Part shown: positions 53,306 through 62,901 of the stretch, in pieces
Position numbering within the stretch: the stretch's first letter is position 1
Layout: every line of letters begins with the position of its first letter
Sequence record: OP557970.1
Strand: one strand, 5' to 3'
DNA from: Escherichia phage ph0021
Length of the DNA stretch: 64,000 bases
Translations under genes and position numbers: made by a program
The notes under the pieces: generated by a model
The model's input: only the letters and a program-made list of their open reading frames with translations
The model's database searches: none
What the model was told of the DNA's origin: nothing

Positions 53306-53509
53306 TTAATTCATATTGCGTTTAATAACTTCAGCGACTTCTAGTAGTTCATCTTTAGTTGCAGTGTCAGATTGAATTTTATCTCTAATATCCTTAAAGC
53401 GGTTTTTAAACTCTTCAGCTTCTCCCATATCGAAAAAGCGTTGAATGATTCTATATTCTCGATGAACTGCTTTATCAAAAAGTTCTAAATTTACTTTATA
53501 TGATTTCAT
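53306..53509 (-). CDS. hypothetical protein (rIIA.1 position)
   Basis: 67 aa ORF with its own early promoter. Confidence 0.4.
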   Translation of the reverse strand: MKSYKVNLELFDKAVHREYRIIQRFFDMGEAEEFKNRFKDIRDKIQSDTATKDELLEVAEVIKRNMN

Positions 53510-53535
53510 TTCAATATCCTCATTTGCCCAATTAA

Positions 53536-53565
53536 TTATACCACATCCTTGTGGTAAAGTAAACT
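53536..53565 (-). promoter_or_regulatory. T4-type early promoter
   Basis: GTTTAC (53560..53565), 17-18 nt spacer, TATAAT on minus strand. Confidence 0.6.
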
Positions 53566-55384
53566 ACTGGCTCATCCATTCTTTACGAAGGTCAGCATTA
53601 TCTCCCATGAGCATTTCAAAAAGCTCTTTCCAATTCTCAGGAAGTTTAACAACATCATATACTGGGTTTTGAATCATCTCACGATATTCAGATTTTTCCA
53701 AAGAGCCAAGTCCTTTAATATAACGGATGCTATGTTTAGGTAGAGCATCTTTGGCACTCTCATATTCAGCGACTGTATAAAACCATTCTTGTTTTTTACC
53801 AATTTGAGCGATGATTACAGGAGTTTTGACAAAACGAATTCGTCCTTGCTCAAACAATTCTGGCCAATTACTAAAAAATCCGAGCAAAGAAGGATAAATG
53901 CTTCCTAGACCATCATGGTCGGCATCAGTCATAATAGCAATATTATGATAATTTAAGTTTTCAGCCTTTTCACCGAGAACTAATCCAGTGATTGCGCAAA
54001 TATCAAATAGTTCTTTGTTTTTAAGCATATCTGCATAAGACATACCCCAACTGTTGAGAACTTTACCGCGCAATGGATAACCACCGTGAAGTTCTTTATC
54101 ACGAACATCAATAAGATATCCGATAGCCGAATCACCCTCAGTTAAGAATAGTGTAGTGTCAGCATCTTTACCGCAAAGATTCGCTTTAATATGTTTATGA
54201 ACCTTAGCTTTAGAAGCCTTTTTAGCTGCTTTAGTTTCTGCTGCTTTTTCTGCTGCCAATTTACGGGCCAAGGCAGCTTCAATAATCGGCATTAAAATTG
54301 CTTCATTATTTAGAATAGCGCGTGAAATCTTTTTAGCATCAAGTTGAATATGACTACGAATTTCGCCAAATGGAGAAGTCAAACGCTCTTTAGTTTGAGA
54401 ATCAAATCGCATGTTTTTCATATCACGGACAAACATAACGATAGTCAAACATTCTTTGACACGTGCTTTAGTCACATCAATTTTGAACTTACGTTTGATT
54501 TGCGGAATAAGGTCTTCACAAATATCATCCATAACACAGTCAATGTGATGGCCACCATTCTTAGTGTGAATGTTATTGACGTATGTTAATTGACGAAAAC
54601 CATCCGGTGAACGACCAACCGCAATAGAACAATTTTCTTGTTCTTGAACAATAGCATGCTCATCATATTGGCGTGCATATTTCTTAAAATTGCCCTGAAC
54701 CTTTTTACCATTAAAGGTAAATTGAATATCAGGATAAACTACTGCAAGTGTCTGGAGACGATCTAGTGTAATGTCAAGATAAACTTGAGATAGCTCATTA
54801 GTTTCAAATGACATAAAATCAGGAATGAAAGTAACACGTGTTCCTTTCCATTTTCCAGGAATATCTTCCCATGATTTATTTTCCATACCATTTGAACAAC
54901 GAACTACAATATTATTTTGACCGTCGCCAGTTTCACCAACAAACATCACAGAAAAAATGTTTGTCAAACTAGAACCAACACCGTTCATACCGCCAGTGAC
55001 GCGTTCTTTATCATCACCGAAGTTACCACCTGCTTTTGGAATAGTCCATGCAGCAACAGGACCAGGAATTTCTTCACCGGTAGGTGTTTTGACCATCGCT
55101 TGTGGAATACCACGACCGTTATCTTCAACTGTTACTTGATTGTTTTTAATAGTAACATTAATTTTATTCGCGAATTTAAACTTAGTACGAATACCTTCAT
55201 CTACTGAGTTATCGATAATTTCATCAATAAGCTTAACAAGACCAGGTACATACTGAACACTTTCCCATTTACCAAACAGAAAGCGCTCATGCATTTCATT
55301 AGCAGAAGAGCCAATGTACATGCCACTACGCTTTTTGATATGTTCAATATCGCTCAGAATTTTAATTTCATTCTTAATCATCAC
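53564..55384 (-). CDS. 39: topoisomerase II large (GyrB-like ATPase) subunit, single uninterrupted ORF
   Basis: 606 aa with GHKL ATPase motifs (IEVEDNGRGIP-like), no interruption or bypass element visible. Confidence 0.9.
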   Translation of the reverse strand: MMIKNEIKILSDIEHIKKRSGMYIGSSANEMHERFLFGKWESVQYVPGLVKLIDEIIDNSVDEGIRTKFKFANKINVTIKNNQVTVEDNGRGIPQAMVKTPTGEEIPGPVAAWTIPKAGGNFGDDKERVTGGMNGVGSSLTNIFSVMFVGETGDGQNNIVVRCSNGMENKSWEDIPGKWKGTRVTFIPDFMSFETNELSQVYLDITLDRLQTLAVVYPDIQFTFNGKKVQGNFKKYARQYDEHAIVQEQENCSIAVGRSPDGFRQLTYVNNIHTKNGGHHIDCVMDDICEDLIPQIKRKFKIDVTKARVKECLTIVMFVRDMKNMRFDSQTKERLTSPFGEIRSHIQLDAKKISRAILNNEAILMPIIEAALARKLAAEKAAETKAAKKASKAKVHKHIKANLCGKDADTTLFLTEGDSAIGYLIDVRDKELHGGYPLRGKVLNSWGMSYADMLKNKELFDICAITGLVLGEKAENLNYHNIAIMTDADHDGLGSIYPSLLGFFSNWPELFEQGRIRFVKTPVIIAQIGKKQEWFYTVAEYESAKDALPKHSIRYIKGLGSLEKSEYREMIQNPVYDVVKLPENWKELFEMLMGDNADLRKEWMSQ

Positions 55385-55450
55385 TTATCCTCGTTTGGTT
55401 TCGGGAATATTATACTCCGGTAATCATAAAGCTAAAGGCCCGAAGGCCTT

Positions 55451-55711
55451 TTATTTAAAACGAATAGTTGAATCCTTAAAGAACAGTCCAGAACATACTG
55501 TTCCTTCTACTTTCTGCCCAGTAGGTCCAATAGCACGAAATCCAGTATGTTGGAAATCATTTTCAGAGCAACCGAACCAGTTATATCCAGTGATTTCAAT
55601 ATTAGTAAAACCGCTTGAAGACAAAACTTTGGTTGCATTATCAGCATCAGTACATCCTACTAAAGACACTACTAATACTAATGCTGCAATAGAACGATTA
55701 ATATATTTCAT
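55451..55711 (-). CDS. small lipoprotein
   Basis: 86 aa; signal peptide with lipobox LVGC. Confidence 0.5.
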   Translation of the reverse strand: MKYINRSIAALVLVVSLVGCTDADNATKVLSSSGFTNIEITGYNWFGCSENDFQHTGFRAIGPTGQKVEGTVCSGLFFKDSTIRFK

Positions 55712-55713
55712 AA

Positions 55714-55890
55714 TTACCCTTTAAGCAAGTCGTAAAATCCGCCATTCACATGCTTAGGAGCGGAAACTAACCGAATAGCAATCCGATGACAATCAGGACA
55801 TACATCAGTATCCCTTTCAGAAATTTTCTTGATTTTTTCATATTCATGTCCGCAATCTTCGGATTGGCATTTATAATCATACATTGGCAT
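55714..55890 (-). CDS. FmdB-like zinc-ribbon protein (~58 aa)
   Basis: MPMYDYKCQSEDCGHEYEKIKKISERDTDVCPDCH: two CxxC pairs; hand-translated, below ORF-track cut-off. Confidence 0.45.
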   Translation of the reverse strand: MPMYDYKCQSEDCGHEYEKIKKISERDTDVCPDCHRIAIRLVSAPKHVNGGFYDLLKG

Positions 55891-55892
55891 AA

Positions 55893-56312
55893 TTATTCCT
55901 TAAAGTGTGCTTTCAACATCTGATACAAGGACCATGCTTGTTCATTATTTTCAATAATAACTTTCATGATCGGGAATTCTGTGAAATCTTCTATTTGTTC
56001 TTGCTCTTCCTGCTCTTGTTCTTCAGCTGCCTGATATGGATTTTCCACTTCATTAAAGAACTCAGCTTCGCTCGTTGAAAGCCAAATAAAATCTTCATCC
56101 AAAATATCTTTACCGGAGGATAACGCCAATCTTCCAGTAGATGTCACAATTTTAGTAGGACGACCAAGATGGTCAATATCTATAACTTTAAAAGGTTCCA
56201 TACCTAAACGCCGCGCATAGATTCCGTTATCAGTATGGTCTTTAATAAAATTTTCTTGAGCTTGTTTATTTTTAAATTGATACCATTTATTAACTTCGAA
56301 TTTAATAGCCAT
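55893..56312 (-). CDS. hypothetical protein with acidic repeat (goF-like position)
   Basis: 139 aa; [10 protein letters not shown] tract. Confidence 0.35.
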   Translation of the reverse strand: MAIKFEVNKWYQFKNKQAQENFIKDHTDNGIYARRLGMEPFKVIDIDHLGRPTKIVTSTGRLALSSGKDILDEDFIWLSTSEAEFFNEVENPYQAAEEQEQEEQEQIEDFTEFPIMKVIIENNEQAWSLYQMLKAHFKE

Positions 56313-56530
56313 TAATAAATTTCCTTCCAGTAAGTTGTGCCATCTTCAGTAATTTCACGAAATACACCGTAAATTGGTTGTTTATCCCCAACCTTTTCAT
56401 ACACATAAACCGAAGTCAAGTGAGTAAACTTAGCAGTGTGTTCCTTTTGAACTACTACCAAATCTGGATCGAATAATACATCTTCAAATTCATCATTAGT
56501 GCAATTCTGAACAATTTTACGTTTCATCAT
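56312..56530 (-). CDS. hypothetical protein (cef-like position)
   Basis: 72 aa ORF. Confidence 0.3.
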   Translation of the reverse strand: MMKRKIVQNCTNDEFEDVLFDPDLVVVQKEHTAKFTHLTSVYVYEKVGDKQPIYGVFREITEDGTTYWKEIY

Positions 56531-56701
56531 AATTTCCTCATTAATTGAACATTGGAGCGATGCGTTTCAGAAGAGTATCAGCGCACCTTTAACGAATTAT
56601 CCATTTTATTCTTCAAGTTGTTTTCTGTATCAGTAGTTGATATTGATATAGTACCATAATCAACTACTGATGTATATAGTTTTATGAAAAAATTTTAAAC
56701 T

Positions 56702-57193
56702 TTATGCATAGCGAGCTTTGCTGTAGTGTTTAATCCAACTTTCAGGAATGACTTTGTATGTTCCTAAAAATACCGCGTTGTATAACTTAACGCCATCTTC
56801 TACCCATTGATCAGTAATGTATGCACACATAGCGCGAGTACGCTGAGGAAGTGGTTGTCCACCTTCGGTAAATTCAAACTCATAAGGAGCAATGAACTTG
56901 ATAGCTTGACCAAGTTTCCACTTAAAGTCTACACCTACATGCGAAGTATCAATCGTTTCAATTCCTTTAGCAGGAACAGCTTTCAAAAACGCAGGCTCAA
57001 GAAATTTCCATCGAACATAACCAAACTGGGGCTTAGACATTCCATCTTTAGCAATGATACGTACTTTTACTTCAGAATCTTCATCTTTAACACCGTGTTT
57101 AAGCTGAATGCTTACAACTTCGACCAATTTTCCTGCTGCTTTAGAACGGGATTTATCAGATACACGAGCAATTTCACCGATATTAATATTCAT
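56702..57193 (-). CDS. motB: MotB-like protein
   Basis: 163 aa at the T4 motB position upstream of dexA. Confidence 0.5.
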   Translation of the reverse strand: MNINIGEIARVSDKSRSKAAGKLVEVVSIQLKHGVKDEDSEVKVRIIAKDGMSKPQFGYVRWKFLEPAFLKAVPAKGIETIDTSHVGVDFKWKLGQAIKFIAPYEFEFTEGGQPLPQRTRAMCAYITDQWVEDGVKLYNAVFLGTYKVIPESWIKHYSKARYA

Positions 57194-57237
57194 AATTATC
57201 TCTCACTTGTTAAAAAGATTTTATACTCCACAGGACC

Positions 57238-57267
57238 ATTATACTCTGGTCCCAAGAGTTTGTAAAC
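57238..57267 (-). promoter_or_regulatory. T4-type early promoter
   Basis: GTTTAC (57262..57267) and GTATAAT -10 on minus strand. Confidence 0.55.
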
Positions 57268-57815
57268 TAGCTTACACGAACATTAATCACTGCGCTACGA
57301 GGAACTACAGAGTATTCTCCAGCATGAACTACGTTCAGAAGTTCAACACCATCTTCAATCCACTGGTCTGTTACCCAACCACAGATAGGATTATCAAAAG
57401 GACGACGGATAGACACAGCAGCACACAACAAGTCTGTAGGGTCTTGTTCTTCAACTTCTTGGAACAGGATGAACTCATCTTCATAAACCAGGTTTTTCTT
57501 TATTTTGTTATTATCTAACCGGCGACCGTGGATGACGTAAGATTTGTCAAACCACTCACTTTTGGCAAATTCTTCAACAATAAATTCGCCTTCGCCAAAA
57601 ACATCAGTCAGAGTTTTATGACCAGAAATCAAGGCATTAGTTTTAATTTTAGGTTCAACCAGTTTGTAGGTTTTGCCGATTTCAATAGCGGTAGTCATAG
57701 TAGTTTCCTTAATTTCCAGTGGTTTAACAGGGCATACATAAGTGCTTACAACATCAAAATCAATCAGTTTAGCTACTGGATTTGGTGTGTATTCAGGATT
57801 ATAATTAAATTTCAT
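57267..57815 (-). CDS. MotB paralog
   Basis: 182 aa; C-terminal ~45 aa (WVTDQWIEDGVELLNVVHAGEYSVVPRS) parallels the neighbour (YITDQWVEDGVKLYNAVFLGTYKVIPES). Confidence 0.5.
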   Translation of the reverse strand: MKFNYNPEYTPNPVAKLIDFDVVSTYVCPVKPLEIKETTMTTAIEIGKTYKLVEPKIKTNALISGHKTLTDVFGEGEFIVEEFAKSEWFDKSYVIHGRRLDNNKIKKNLVYEDEFILFQEVEEQDPTDLLCAAVSIRRPFDNPICGWVTDQWIEDGVELLNVVHAGEYSVVPRSAVINVRVS

Positions 57816-57817
57816 AA

Positions 57818-58318
57818 TTATCTCATTTCAATAAAATCTACGAGTTCAGCATGGGATTTACGGAACATTACTTGATGTCCACCAATGATAACTTCATCTT
57901 CAGGAACTTCATATACAGCGAGATAAAATCCTTTAGAAGCTAATTCTTCACGCTCTTCTCGTGTGAACCATCTCATCATATCATATTCACTAGCGAAAGC
58001 AAAATGATAAAGACCTATAAACCATCCGGGAATATGATATTCTACTCCAACATAATCTTTCTTGAACTTAGTATTAATTACTATATTAGCGTTTTTAACT
58101 AATAGTTTATCTTCGTGCGGTAAAGGAATTCTTTTATTATTATCGCTATGATGCATAAAATTAGGTCTGTCATAACCTACGTGTAATAGCCACTCTTCGC
58201 TCCATGAATCTATTATACTCCTGTACGGCGTTATTTGAACACAAAGATTTCGACGTATTGTTATAGCATCTTCATAATCAAGAATACTAAACGATGATTC
58301 AACACGATAAATTTTCAT
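57818..58318 (-). CDS. hypothetical protein
   Basis: 166 aa ORF with its own early promoter. Confidence 0.4.
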   Translation of the reverse strand: MKIYRVESSFSILDYEDAITIRRNLCVQITPYRSIIDSWSEEWLLHVGYDRPNFMHHSDNNKRIPLPHEDKLLVKNANIVINTKFKKDYVGVEYHIPGWFIGLYHFAFASEYDMMRWFTREEREELASKGFYLAVYEVPEDEVIIGGHQVMFRKSHAELVDFIEMR

Positions 58319-58344
58319 TTTATTATCCTCGGTTAGCTATGGTG

Positions 58345-58377
58345 TTATAATACCATAACTAACCGAGGAAGTAAACA
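58345..58377 (-). promoter_or_regulatory. T4-type early promoter embedded in an inverted repeat
   Basis: GTTTAC (58372..58377), TATTATAA -10 flanked by ggttagctatggt / accataactaacc. Confidence 0.5.
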
Positions 58378-58382
58378 ACTTT

Positions 58383-59066
58383 TTATCGTTTAGTTGGAAG
58401 AGATAGAGGATCGCATTCTTCCTCTGATGGAGCGTCTTCAAGACCCATAGCATACCGCAAAGCATACTTCATCATCAGGATGTCTTTCGCACAGTCATGA
58501 ATGGAATCATGTGCAACAAATCCATCCAAGGTTCCTTTTGGAAGAGGACATGTGGTCATATCACGAACGAGTAGAAGTGCTTCAATTCTGGTACGAATAT
58601 CACGCTGATTCCAGAATTTACATGGTTCTAACTTAAATGTGTCAAGTTCATTCTCAGAAACGCCATTAAAACGTTGAATATCGCGAATGAGATCGACTAA
58701 AATTGGAAAATCAAACGACATTCCACGGCACCAGCCTTGAGATTTCCAAGGATCGATATTATGCGCATTGATGTAATCATTAAATTTTGCAATACCGTCA
58801 ATAGTGCTTACATCTTCATCGGATGGTGCAATATTTTTTCTAGCTTCAGGGGATTGATTCTTCCACCATTCGATAGTGCTTTTAGTAAAAAGACGATGTC
58901 CTTTTTGGCTTTTTAAATCAAATTTGATTTTAATGCCGCGTGAAACTAATTCATCAAATGTTTCAACTACTTCTGGGTTAGGGTCAAAAGCAATTACAGC
59001 TAAATCAATAACAGCTGCTTTTTCACCGCTTCCCATTGTTTCAAAATCTATAATAAAATCAAACAT
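58383..59066 (-). CDS. dexA: exonuclease A (DEDD 3'-5' exonuclease)
   Basis: 227 aa; N-terminal FDFIIDFETMG exo motif I; T4 DexA size and position. Confidence 0.85.
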   Translation of the reverse strand: MFDFIIDFETMGSGEKAAVIDLAVIAFDPNPEVVETFDELVSRGIKIKFDLKSQKGHRLFTKSTIEWWKNQSPEARKNIAPSDEDVSTIDGIAKFNDYINAHNIDPWKSQGWCRGMSFDFPILVDLIRDIQRFNGVSENELDTFKLEPCKFWNQRDIRTRIEALLLVRDMTTCPLPKGTLDGFVAHDSIHDCAKDILMMKYALRYAMGLEDAPSEEECDPLSLPTKR

Positions 59067-59341
59067 TAAATTTTCCTCGCTAAATCACGAATTTGGCCTA
59101 CAGTATAATCTTGAATATAAACTATATTAATAGGTTCATCAATAAATTTTGCCATAGATTCAATATCTTTTTGTATTTCTTCAAGACTGTATATTATCTT
59201 TAAAGCTTTTTCGCGAATAGTAACATTATCAGGTCCTGGATTTTCCTCAATGACAGCTTTGACATTTGTCATAAGAGATTTAAACTGATGCAAACTTAAT
59301 TCAATCATTAATAATCGCCTTATAAAGATGGCTAATTTCAC
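59066..59341 (-). CDS. hypothetical protein
   Basis: 91 aa ORF. Confidence 0.35.
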   Translation of the reverse strand: MKLAIFIRRLLMIELSLHQFKSLMTNVKAVIEENPGPDNVTIREKALKIIYSLEEIQKDIESMAKFIDEPINIVYIQDYTVGQIRDLARKI

Positions 59342-59561
59342 CTAAAACATAATCACTGATTGTAACAGTTTTTACTTCACCACAAAAGAATTCTAACGCA
59401 ATCAAATCTCGTTCAATTTCTTCCAATTGAAGCATTAACTTGCCTGATTCAGTTTTCACATTTTTGCGATTTTTGCTATAAGCTATTTCATAAATTTCGC
59501 TTATTTTATCTTGAAGAAGATAAAACTGATCTTTAGTTATTTCCACGAATAGCTTCCTCAA
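59301..59561 (-). CDS. hypothetical protein
   Basis: 86 aa ORF. Confidence 0.35.
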   Translation of the reverse strand: MRKLFVEITKDQFYLLQDKISEIYEIAYSKNRKNVKTESGKLMLQLEEIERDLIALEFFCGEVKTVTISDYVLGEISHLYKAIIND

Positions 59562-59793
59562 ATTTAATCAATAATTTACAGACGCTTTCATCTAATGTAA
59601 TTACCGTATCTGTATTACTATGATATGATTGTTTTTCAATTCGTTTAATTGCTAATATAGTATCACTTATAAGATAAAGCTTATGAAGCAGCTCAGCTCC
59701 TGTTACCATAACATTAAGATTATCTTGCTTATTAGTATGCTTCCTTATACCATCTATTAAACGATTTAAATATTTTGAATTGATGTTAATCAT
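59533..59793 (-). CDS. hypothetical protein
   Basis: 86 aa ORF. Confidence 0.35.
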   Translation of the reverse strand: MININSKYLNRLIDGIRKHTNKQDNLNVMVTGAELLHKLYLISDTILAIKRIEKQSYHSNTDTVITLDESVCKLLIKFEEAIRGNN

Positions 59794-59799
59794 ATATCC

Positions 59800-61119
59800 T
59801 CACACATAAAATACGTCATAACGACCACGGGTAACACCAACATAAAGAAGTTGTTGAGCCAATTCAGCATCTGCATAATGAATACAAGGCGTATAGATGA
59901 AAGCACGATCTACAGACATACCCTGAGCTTTATGGAATGTTGATGCAGGAAGTGCTTTCACTTTACTAAACTGTGATTTAGCATCCCAAAAATCACTCCA
60001 CGGAGCTTTTCCGCCTTTATTCCAGTTCTTATAAGTTTCTGCCGTTTTACCTAAAAATAGGTTAAACTTATATAGCTCTTCATCAGATGAAATTATTTTA
60101 ATCTTTTCGCGATAATATTCATCATCGCCGTAAGTTTCTACTGTTAAATCCCAATGACGAATTAAGTATTCTCCAGGAACACCACGAGCTTTAACAAATG
60201 TTGATGTATATTCTGCTTCTATAATACGAACTAATTGTCCATTATTAAAAATAATTTCTGACACAGGCTTTCCATCAATTTTATATGTTTTAATTAATGG
60301 TTCCTGCATTACAATAATTTCACCGACAATAAAATCTTTATCAGTTTCAAAAATCTTTTTACGAATAATGCTATTTAACTTGTCAACAGATTTATTCGTA
60401 AATGCCATTACGCGATTTTCAAACAAATCATCTAGAGATTTGACGATTGAAAAATAATTTACCATAAAATCGCGTAAAGCGGTATCACCAGTAAATCCAC
60501 GTACTCCATGCCCGTCAACAATTTTATCATAAATCCACTTACCGTTACGAACGTCAGTAGCTACATCAATAATAGGAGCATTACTGCGTTTAACTTCAGT
60601 GAGTTCACACTGATAAAAATCTTTATGTGTAAAGAATGGACTGATATAAGCAGTGTTTTCTCCTGGGTCAACAGGTCTAATTTGCTTATTATCACCTATT
60701 CCAATTATAGTACACCACGGCGGGATAGTTGAAAGCAGAATTTTAAATAGCTTTCTATCATACATTGACACTTCGTCACAGATTAATACCCTGCATTTAG
60801 CTAAATCTGGTACTTCCTTCTGTTCAAAAAGAACATTTTCTTCATATGTTACTGGGTTAATTTTAAGAATACTATGAATAGTACTCGCTTCTTTTCCTGA
60901 TAGTTTTGAAAGAATCTTTTTAGCTGCATGAGTAGGAGCTGCTAAAATAATACCAGTTTCACCTGTAGATATTAGGGCTTCAATAATAAACTTAGTAAGA
61001 GTAGTCTTACCGGTACCAGCAGGTCCATTAATAGTTACATGATGTTTCTTTTCTTTAATAGCCTTCATAACGATGTTAAAGGCATTTTTCTGGCCTTCGG
61101 TCAAATCATCAAATGTCAT
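59800..61119 (-). CDS. dda: Dda DNA helicase (SF1B)
   Basis: 439 aa; Walker A GPAGTGKTT; T4 Dda length. Confidence 0.95.
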   Translation of the reverse strand: MTFDDLTEGQKNAFNIVMKAIKEKKHHVTINGPAGTGKTTLTKFIIEALISTGETGIILAAPTHAAKKILSKLSGKEASTIHSILKINPVTYEENVLFEQKEVPDLAKCRVLICDEVSMYDRKLFKILLSTIPPWCTIIGIGDNKQIRPVDPGENTAYISPFFTHKDFYQCELTEVKRSNAPIIDVATDVRNGKWIYDKIVDGHGVRGFTGDTALRDFMVNYFSIVKSLDDLFENRVMAFTNKSVDKLNSIIRKKIFETDKDFIVGEIIVMQEPLIKTYKIDGKPVSEIIFNNGQLVRIIEAEYTSTFVKARGVPGEYLIRHWDLTVETYGDDEYYREKIKIISSDEELYKFNLFLGKTAETYKNWNKGGKAPWSDFWDAKSQFSKVKALPASTFHKAQGMSVDRAFIYTPCIHYADAELAQQLLYVGVTRGRYDVFYV

Positions 61120-61427
61120 CGTAAATTCCCTGCAATTGGTATACTAACAATACGCCCAGTATCTAAAATTCGCTGATATAATCTTTGTGTGTCTACGTCA
61201 GGCTTAACATGTTTAACTTCTATTTTATTAAACCAAAACTTGCGTGGAGTCTCAACTAATCTTGGAATTCCCTTACCTAAAGCTAATCGATACTGCTCTT
61301 TAAGAGTAGTAAATACTTTATCAGCAATATTCCATTCAAAAAATACAGCAGGACGATGTTCATCAAGCGGAACTGGCGCCGTAAATCCGTCTTTGTCTCG
61401 GTAAACTATCGCATATACATAAACCAT
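61116..61427 (-). CDS. hypothetical protein (dda.1 position)
   Basis: 103 aa ORF. Confidence 0.4.
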   Translation of the reverse strand: MVYVYAIVYRDKDGFTAPVPLDEHRPAVFFEWNIADKVFTTLKEQYRLALGKGIPRLVETPRKFWFNKIEVKHVKPDVDTQRLYQRILDTGRIVSIPIAGNLR

Positions 61428-61428
61428 A

Positions 61429-62175
61429 TTATCCTCGGATAAGTTTAAAAATTGAACAATTTAGCGGATATCCTCTTTTCAGTTTAAGTTTATCAATAAA
61501 AGACAAATTTTGATACCGCTCTACACCTTGAATAATTTTATCACACATATCATATTGCATTTCTGCTTCTGACAGCTTTTTCACAATTTTCCAATCCGAG
61601 CCTTTAAGAAGAACGTTCAATTTAACAACTTCAGCGCCTTCTGCTATACGAGAACCATCAATACGAGCTTTAAGTGCTATAATCGTTAGCTTAACGTCAG
61701 AAGTTTGTTTTGATTTAGAAAGCTGAGAAATGTGCTCAATTCGGTTTTCACGTTTTTTCTGTATAGCTTTAATTTGATTATAAGTCTTTTTGATTTTAGC
61801 CCATTTCTTTTCATCTAAATTTAGTTTATGAACTTTTTTCGCAGATGAACGACCAATTCGCAAAGCAAATAAATCACGCTTTTCAATCAACTCTTCTAAA
61901 GTATAATCAGAACGAAATGTATTATACTTTTTCTTTACTGCAATAACATTCCCTTTAATGTATCCAACGTTATTATCAAAACGTTCTAATGATAATTTCT
62001 CTCCTTCAATACGATTATCAAAAGGTTCTCCCGAGTAAGCACAAACTTTCTGATCTAAAATGTTCTTAATGTAATTGAAGTCTAAGTTAAAATCTTTAGA
62101 ACGTCTTTTTGCAGATGCCTGAGTATGCTCTAGACGACGTTTAATTTTACGAATTTGGTTATTAGACAGCTTCAT
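61429..62175 (-). CDS. srd: Srd-like protein
   Basis: 248 aa basic protein at the T4 srd position between dda and modA. Confidence 0.45.
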   Translation of the reverse strand: MKLSNNQIRKIKRRLEHTQASAKRRSKDFNLDFNYIKNILDQKVCAYSGEPFDNRIEGEKLSLERFDNNVGYIKGNVIAVKKKYNTFRSDYTLEELIEKRDLFALRIGRSSAKKVHKLNLDEKKWAKIKKTYNQIKAIQKKRENRIEHISQLSKSKQTSDVKLTIIALKARIDGSRIAEGAEVVKLNVLLKGSDWKIVKKLSEAEMQYDMCDKIIQGVERYQNLSFIDKLKLKRGYPLNCSIFKLIRG

Positions 62176-62206
62176 ATTTTTCTCACATCTTACGGACGGT
62201 TAACTA

Positions 62207-62241
62207 CTTATACTATAACATTTTTACCTTAACTTGTAAAC
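62207..62241 (-). promoter_or_regulatory. T4-type early promoter
   Basis: GTTTACA (62236..62241) and TATAGTAT -10 on minus strand. Confidence 0.55.
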
Positions 62242-62298
62242 AACTTTATGTAAAAATGCTTTAAAACTTTCATGGTATAATGAATCTAAGTCCTTCCA

Positions 62299-62901
62299 TT
62301 ATAGATTAAATCCTTCAAAGTCAAGAGTATAGATAGTGTATGTTGAATACTTTTTATACTCATATCTATCTGCAATTCTAAATACACTTCCAGCCGGTAT
62401 CATTACTTCTTGTTCATCTGAAACTAATTCCATATTACGATAACGATGACTATCCGGAAACTTAAAGTTTGGATTGTATTCTTTACAGCGTAGAGCTTTT
62501 ATAGCATACTCCTGGAAATTGAATACCATAGGAGCTTTGAATTCAAAAATAACCTGTGTGTTATACTCTAAACCGGAAGCAAAATGTAGAGCTATATTTT
62601 TATCATATGAAGCTGATACGACTTTATCAAATGTAATAATATCAATTCCTTGATTTAATACTTGCTTAGTCTCAGCTGGAACACCTCTCCAAAGAGGTTT
62701 ATCGTTTGGAACCAAACGAGATTTGATTATTTCATTTAACCAAGTATGGTCATCTGGCTTATTAGTAATACAATGAATTAAAAGTTCAATTTCAGATAAA
62801 TTAAACCCTTCAGAAAGTAATTCTTCACGAATAGAAGCACGCACCGATGCATCCATTGATTTTATTTTAAAATCTTTTAGTTGCATTACTGAGTATTTCA
62901 T
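62299..62901 (-). CDS. modA: ModA ADP-ribosyltransferase
   Basis: 200 aa; ART R-S-E motifs (LWRGV, SASYD, EQEVMIP). Confidence 0.8.
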   Translation of the reverse strand: MKYSVMQLKDFKIKSMDASVRASIREELLSEGFNLSEIELLIHCITNKPDDHTWLNEIIKSRLVPNDKPLWRGVPAETKQVLNQGIDIITFDKVVSASYDKNIALHFASGLEYNTQVIFEFKAPMVFNFQEYAIKALRCKEYNPNFKFPDSHRYRNMELVSDEQEVMIPAGSVFRIADRYEYKKYSTYTIYTLDFEGFNL

